Shown: in pieces, positions 60,489 to 64,000 of the stretch
Layout: each line of letters starts with the position of its first letter
How positions within the stretch are numbered: the first letter of the stretch is position 1
Assembly (NCBI GenBank): GCA_051362555.1
Contig: CM120644.1
Coordinates: 24,946,534-25,010,533, forward strand
Origin: Lingula anatina
Lineage: Eukaryota; Animalia; Brachiopoda
Reading direction: 5' to 3'
Length of the DNA: 64,000 bases
Translations under genes and position numbers: made by a program
Notes under the pieces: model-generated
Told to the model about the DNA's origin: nothing
Seen by the model: the letters and a program-made list of their open reading frames with translations, nothing else
Database searches by the model: none

Positions 60489-61938
60489 ATACGTTTTCTT
60501 CGTTCGAGGCTGCTCATGATGAGTATCACAGTTATCTGGACGAGGAAGAGATGGATGCAAGCGAAGATTGGTTTCGGGAAGTGGAAGAAAAAGTAATTAA
60601 GGGGGACCAAGCCTGGTATGACTTTTTTAAACTCTCTTAAGCAAAAGTCAAATGAATCAGAAACACATTTAATCAATGAAGCAAGTTTGTTTACTTTTTT
60701 AAACACCCCACATTGCTCAATTGATAAATTTGAAGGAGACGCCAAAATTTCCATTATTTTATGACTGTTTTTGACGATATGATCGATTCAAAAATGAAAG
60801 ACCCTCAGATGAAATTAAATAGATTAATACAATTTACAACTTGCGTGTTAATCGGGGGATTGGAGGGTTATACCAAAGCCAGACAGATTCTGAAGGTCCG
60901 TTTTGGAAATGATCATTTGGTGGCTAGCTCTTTGATTGAAAATCTCAAAAATGGTAAAAAGATTATGAAAGTGAAAGATTTACAGAGTTTAGCTGATGAA
61001 TTACAAGTTATGTGTTCAACATTAGAAAATTTGAATTTAAAAGGTGAGATAGAAAATGAAAAGATCATCTTGGAGATTCTGGGTAGGTGTAAAAGTGGGA
61101 TTGTTGAGCAATGGAGAAAGCGTGCATTAGAAATCAAACACAACAATGATCGTTATCCTAAATTTCAGGAATTTGTAGATTTCATGGTAAAAACTGCTGC
61201 AGATGCTAGTGATCCAGTGTACGGTGGTGAGTCAATATATGCAAACGTGTCAAATCACTCATTTGTAACTGCTACTGTTTCTACCCAACACTCCGAGATT
61301 GGGTAGAATATCAATGACTGTCCCGTCCGTCATCCGTGTGATCAGTCTGTTGCTCAAAGGACGAATGAAAAGAATGATGTTTTCCCATGTGTGTTGTGTG
61401 GTAGTCAACATAGTTTATCTCAGTGCAGTGCTTTTAAAGAGAAAGGAGTGCAAGGTCGTTGTGTTTCAATTGTTTGTTTGCCGTACATTTTGCAAGTAAC
61501 TGCAGAAATCCTGCCGTTTGTAGTGTGCCCAGCTGCGGTAAAAACATTCAAAGTTCATTCATGTAAATTCAAGGTTGCAAACTCCTCCACGCGCGCACAC
61601 GGAAAGTGCCGGTGATTCTCGAATCAGATCTCAAAGTCAAATTACGAACACCAGTATTAATTCGGCCGAGATCAAAAGCGTGAAACTACCGAGAGTTTCA
61701 GTGATGATAAATGGCATGCACAAAGCTTTAGCATTGTTATACAGTGGGTCGACTTCATCATTTATCTCGAAGCGTTTAGTGTCCATTGCAGCGCTCAGTA
61801 CTGAAAGCACCGTGAAATATCATTTGAACACAATTGACGGCTCTAGGAGCGCGCGATCTCCTGTGCTTTCTTTTGACATGTCACCAATTGAAAACAGGTC
61901 GGTGAAATACCGCGTGTCAAATGTTTTCGTCATTCCTC

Positions 61939-63690
61939 CCCTTACGAAAATTTCCTAGGGCACATTTCCTATAGGATTTCCTATAGGATCCTATAGGAAA
62001 TTGTTTTAAGTTAAAATCTTGAGAAAAATGCATATCTCTTAAACAAATATCATTCAAAACAATAGATATTTGATATAGGTCAATTTTATCAGTTGAATTG
62101 TCAATTATATATCACTATTAAAGCAAAAATGCTTTTTATTGATTATAATGCACAATCTTATAGTCTTCTATAGGATTCTATAGAAATTCTTTAATTTCGT
62201 TTTTAAAGCATTTTTGGAAAAATATTAAAGTAATTTTTTTATGGAGAAATATTTAATCATTAGGAATGTTTTTGTACCAAATCATTGAAGTTGAATTTTT
62301 TTAAATTTATGTTCAGAGCATTACAAAAATTCCTATAGGAAATCTTATAGGAATTTCTATAGGAACCTATAGGAAATCCTATGCTAATTCATATAGGGAA
62401 TTTTTATAAGGCCAGGTTGAATGAAAAATAATGAATCTGGTTTAAATATCAGTACAGTGTATATGATTTTGATTTTTAATTTATGTTCAGACCATTACAA
62501 AAATTCCTATGGGAAATCTTATAGGAATTTCTATAGGAACCTATAGAAAATCCTATGTTAATTCATATTAATACTGAATTTGTATAAGGCCAGGTTGAAT
62601 GAAAAATAATGAAACTGGTCTAAATATCAGTATATAATGTATTTTTACTTTTCGTGTGATCATATTCACTTCATATTTCATATTACTGAAAGTCAACCTT
62701 ATCTAATCAGAATGTACTTGACCTTGGCTGTTTGAAAAAGTGAAAGTGCAATCCTGCCTAATATATAAAATATAATGTAAAAGTAAGTGAACATTAAGAG
62801 TATGGTACTGTCCCTCATAAAGGATGGGAAACAAGGACAAATTAATATGTTTATAAAGATACATTTTATGCTTAATCACTTGTAAGGTTTAACAGTCAAC
62901 TGATGTTAGCTAGAGAATGCCCTTCTCCACCAGCCATAACCATAGATTCAACAACTCTGAATTTCTTTTGTTAGCCTGGCACCTATTATTAGGTCACTAC
63001 TCCTTGGCTATTGTTACACTAGTAACAGTAACCGCCTATTAGGTGTTATCAGATGTGTGGTATCCTGTCTAAGTCTTTGTTTATATGAGACAAGCAGCAA
63101 ATGAGTATACAGCTATCAAGACAGTTTAAATTCAGGAGCATAGTGGAAGGGTACAGAGTGTAGAAAAATCAGATGAGAAAGGTATGTATTACAGTAATGC
63201 ATTGGATCATTTGGGCATCTAATCAAATTGAAAATGAGATAATTGATCTAATTTGTAGTGTACCTTGTAAACATCATATCTATATTACATTAAACAAGTT
63301 ATAATTTATAATGTATAGCTTCCCTTTTAGCCAACAAAGAAGTACTGTTTAGTCTCTTTATTTCTTATAAAACTGTGGTCAATTACTCATCAAAATATTT
63401 CTTTAAATGCAGTTGAATAAAAAAAAAACAATTTACATTTCATTTAACATATTCCACAGTATGGTATGCAACCAGCTTACTAGAAAATTGTTTCATACAT
63501 TTTTGCAAATTTAATGGTGCTGCTACTGCTTTTGAATTATAAGTTCTATAAGTTATCACAAGGATCCAATATGTCTTGTTAAGCTGTGGCGTCACTGTCT
63601 TTTTCTTGTGTGCGTTCGAACTCCTGCCAGAATGAGTGGCTAAAACTTCCCTTGGCCAGACCGTGTACATTGGAAGCATACTGCTTTAGT
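61939..63690. mobile_element. Insertion with a CCCTTACGAAAA end and CCTATAGG palindromic repeats interrupting BEL pol; right end undefined
   Basis: BEL coding similarity stops abruptly; many CCTATAGG palindromes and an ~176-bp tandem duplication at about 62290-62630. Confidence 0.5.
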
Positions 63691-64000
63691 CATAGCGTTC
63701 AGAGTGGACTGTCAACGGGTCGGTAGATGATACTTTCAATCATCATGTCCCTGTAAATTATTTGTCTGTGGGTGTAATTAAGGGCAAATATTGGGATGAT
63801 GGTTTTGATTTGGGAACAAAATTGTCTCTTGAAGACAAAAGTGTGCTCCGTTTATGGGAAAACAGTGTTTCCATGAAAGACTGTCATTATGTTCTTCCTA
63901 TCCTATTCCTATGGAAAGAAAATTGCTCGAAATTTCCCAACAATCGGTATGTGGCTATTAAAAGGCAGCAACATTTAGAAAGGAAACTCACAAATGAAGG

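Larger units (their letters stand above)
53782..64000 (+). mobile_element. Degenerate BEL/Pao LTR retrotransposon: probable 5' LTR 53782-54615, gag from ATG 54767 resuming at 60489, protease near 61720, pol from about 63700; runs off the window
   Basis: TG...CA LTR-like segment; gag RRARKGAVTK...FEAAHDEYH...WF, LKVRFGNDHLV, CVLCGSQHSLSQC; protease ALLYSGSTSSFIS; LSLEDK...WENS...HYVLPI...FPNNRYVAIKR. Confidence 0.85.

Overview
AT-rich, intron-containing animal genomic DNA, probably a lophotrochozoan such as a mollusc (inferred from gene and repeat content). 1-12 kb: the 5' half of ERCC3/XPB (- strand, 6 coding exons) lies head-to-head with a complete three-dsRBD TARBP2/PRKRA/loquacious-like gene (+ strand, about 345 aa). 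Five of their splice junctions are echoed by tandem copies that straddle the exon-intron boundary, and two inverted satellite-carrying Helentron-type elements bracket the promoter and the TARBP2-like gene. 20.8-27.5 kb: a complete minimal Roco gene (ROC-COR-death domain, about 762 aa, with 27, 12 and 9 nt microexons). 38.8-52.1 kb: the 3' part of a second Roco paralog. Its death-domain exon appears to splice in frame, through a donor that contains the apparent stop codon, to a linker exon and a degenerate trypsin-like (Nal1-like) peptidase exon, and this 3' cassette is tandemly duplicated (about 4.4 kb offset). The rest is nested transposon debris: Harbinger, Tc1, piggyBac, Zator-like, Ginger-like, Mutator-like, BEL/Pao and an env-like relic. 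All exon models were built by hand from GT-AG sites and phase consistency; no database searches or expression data were available.
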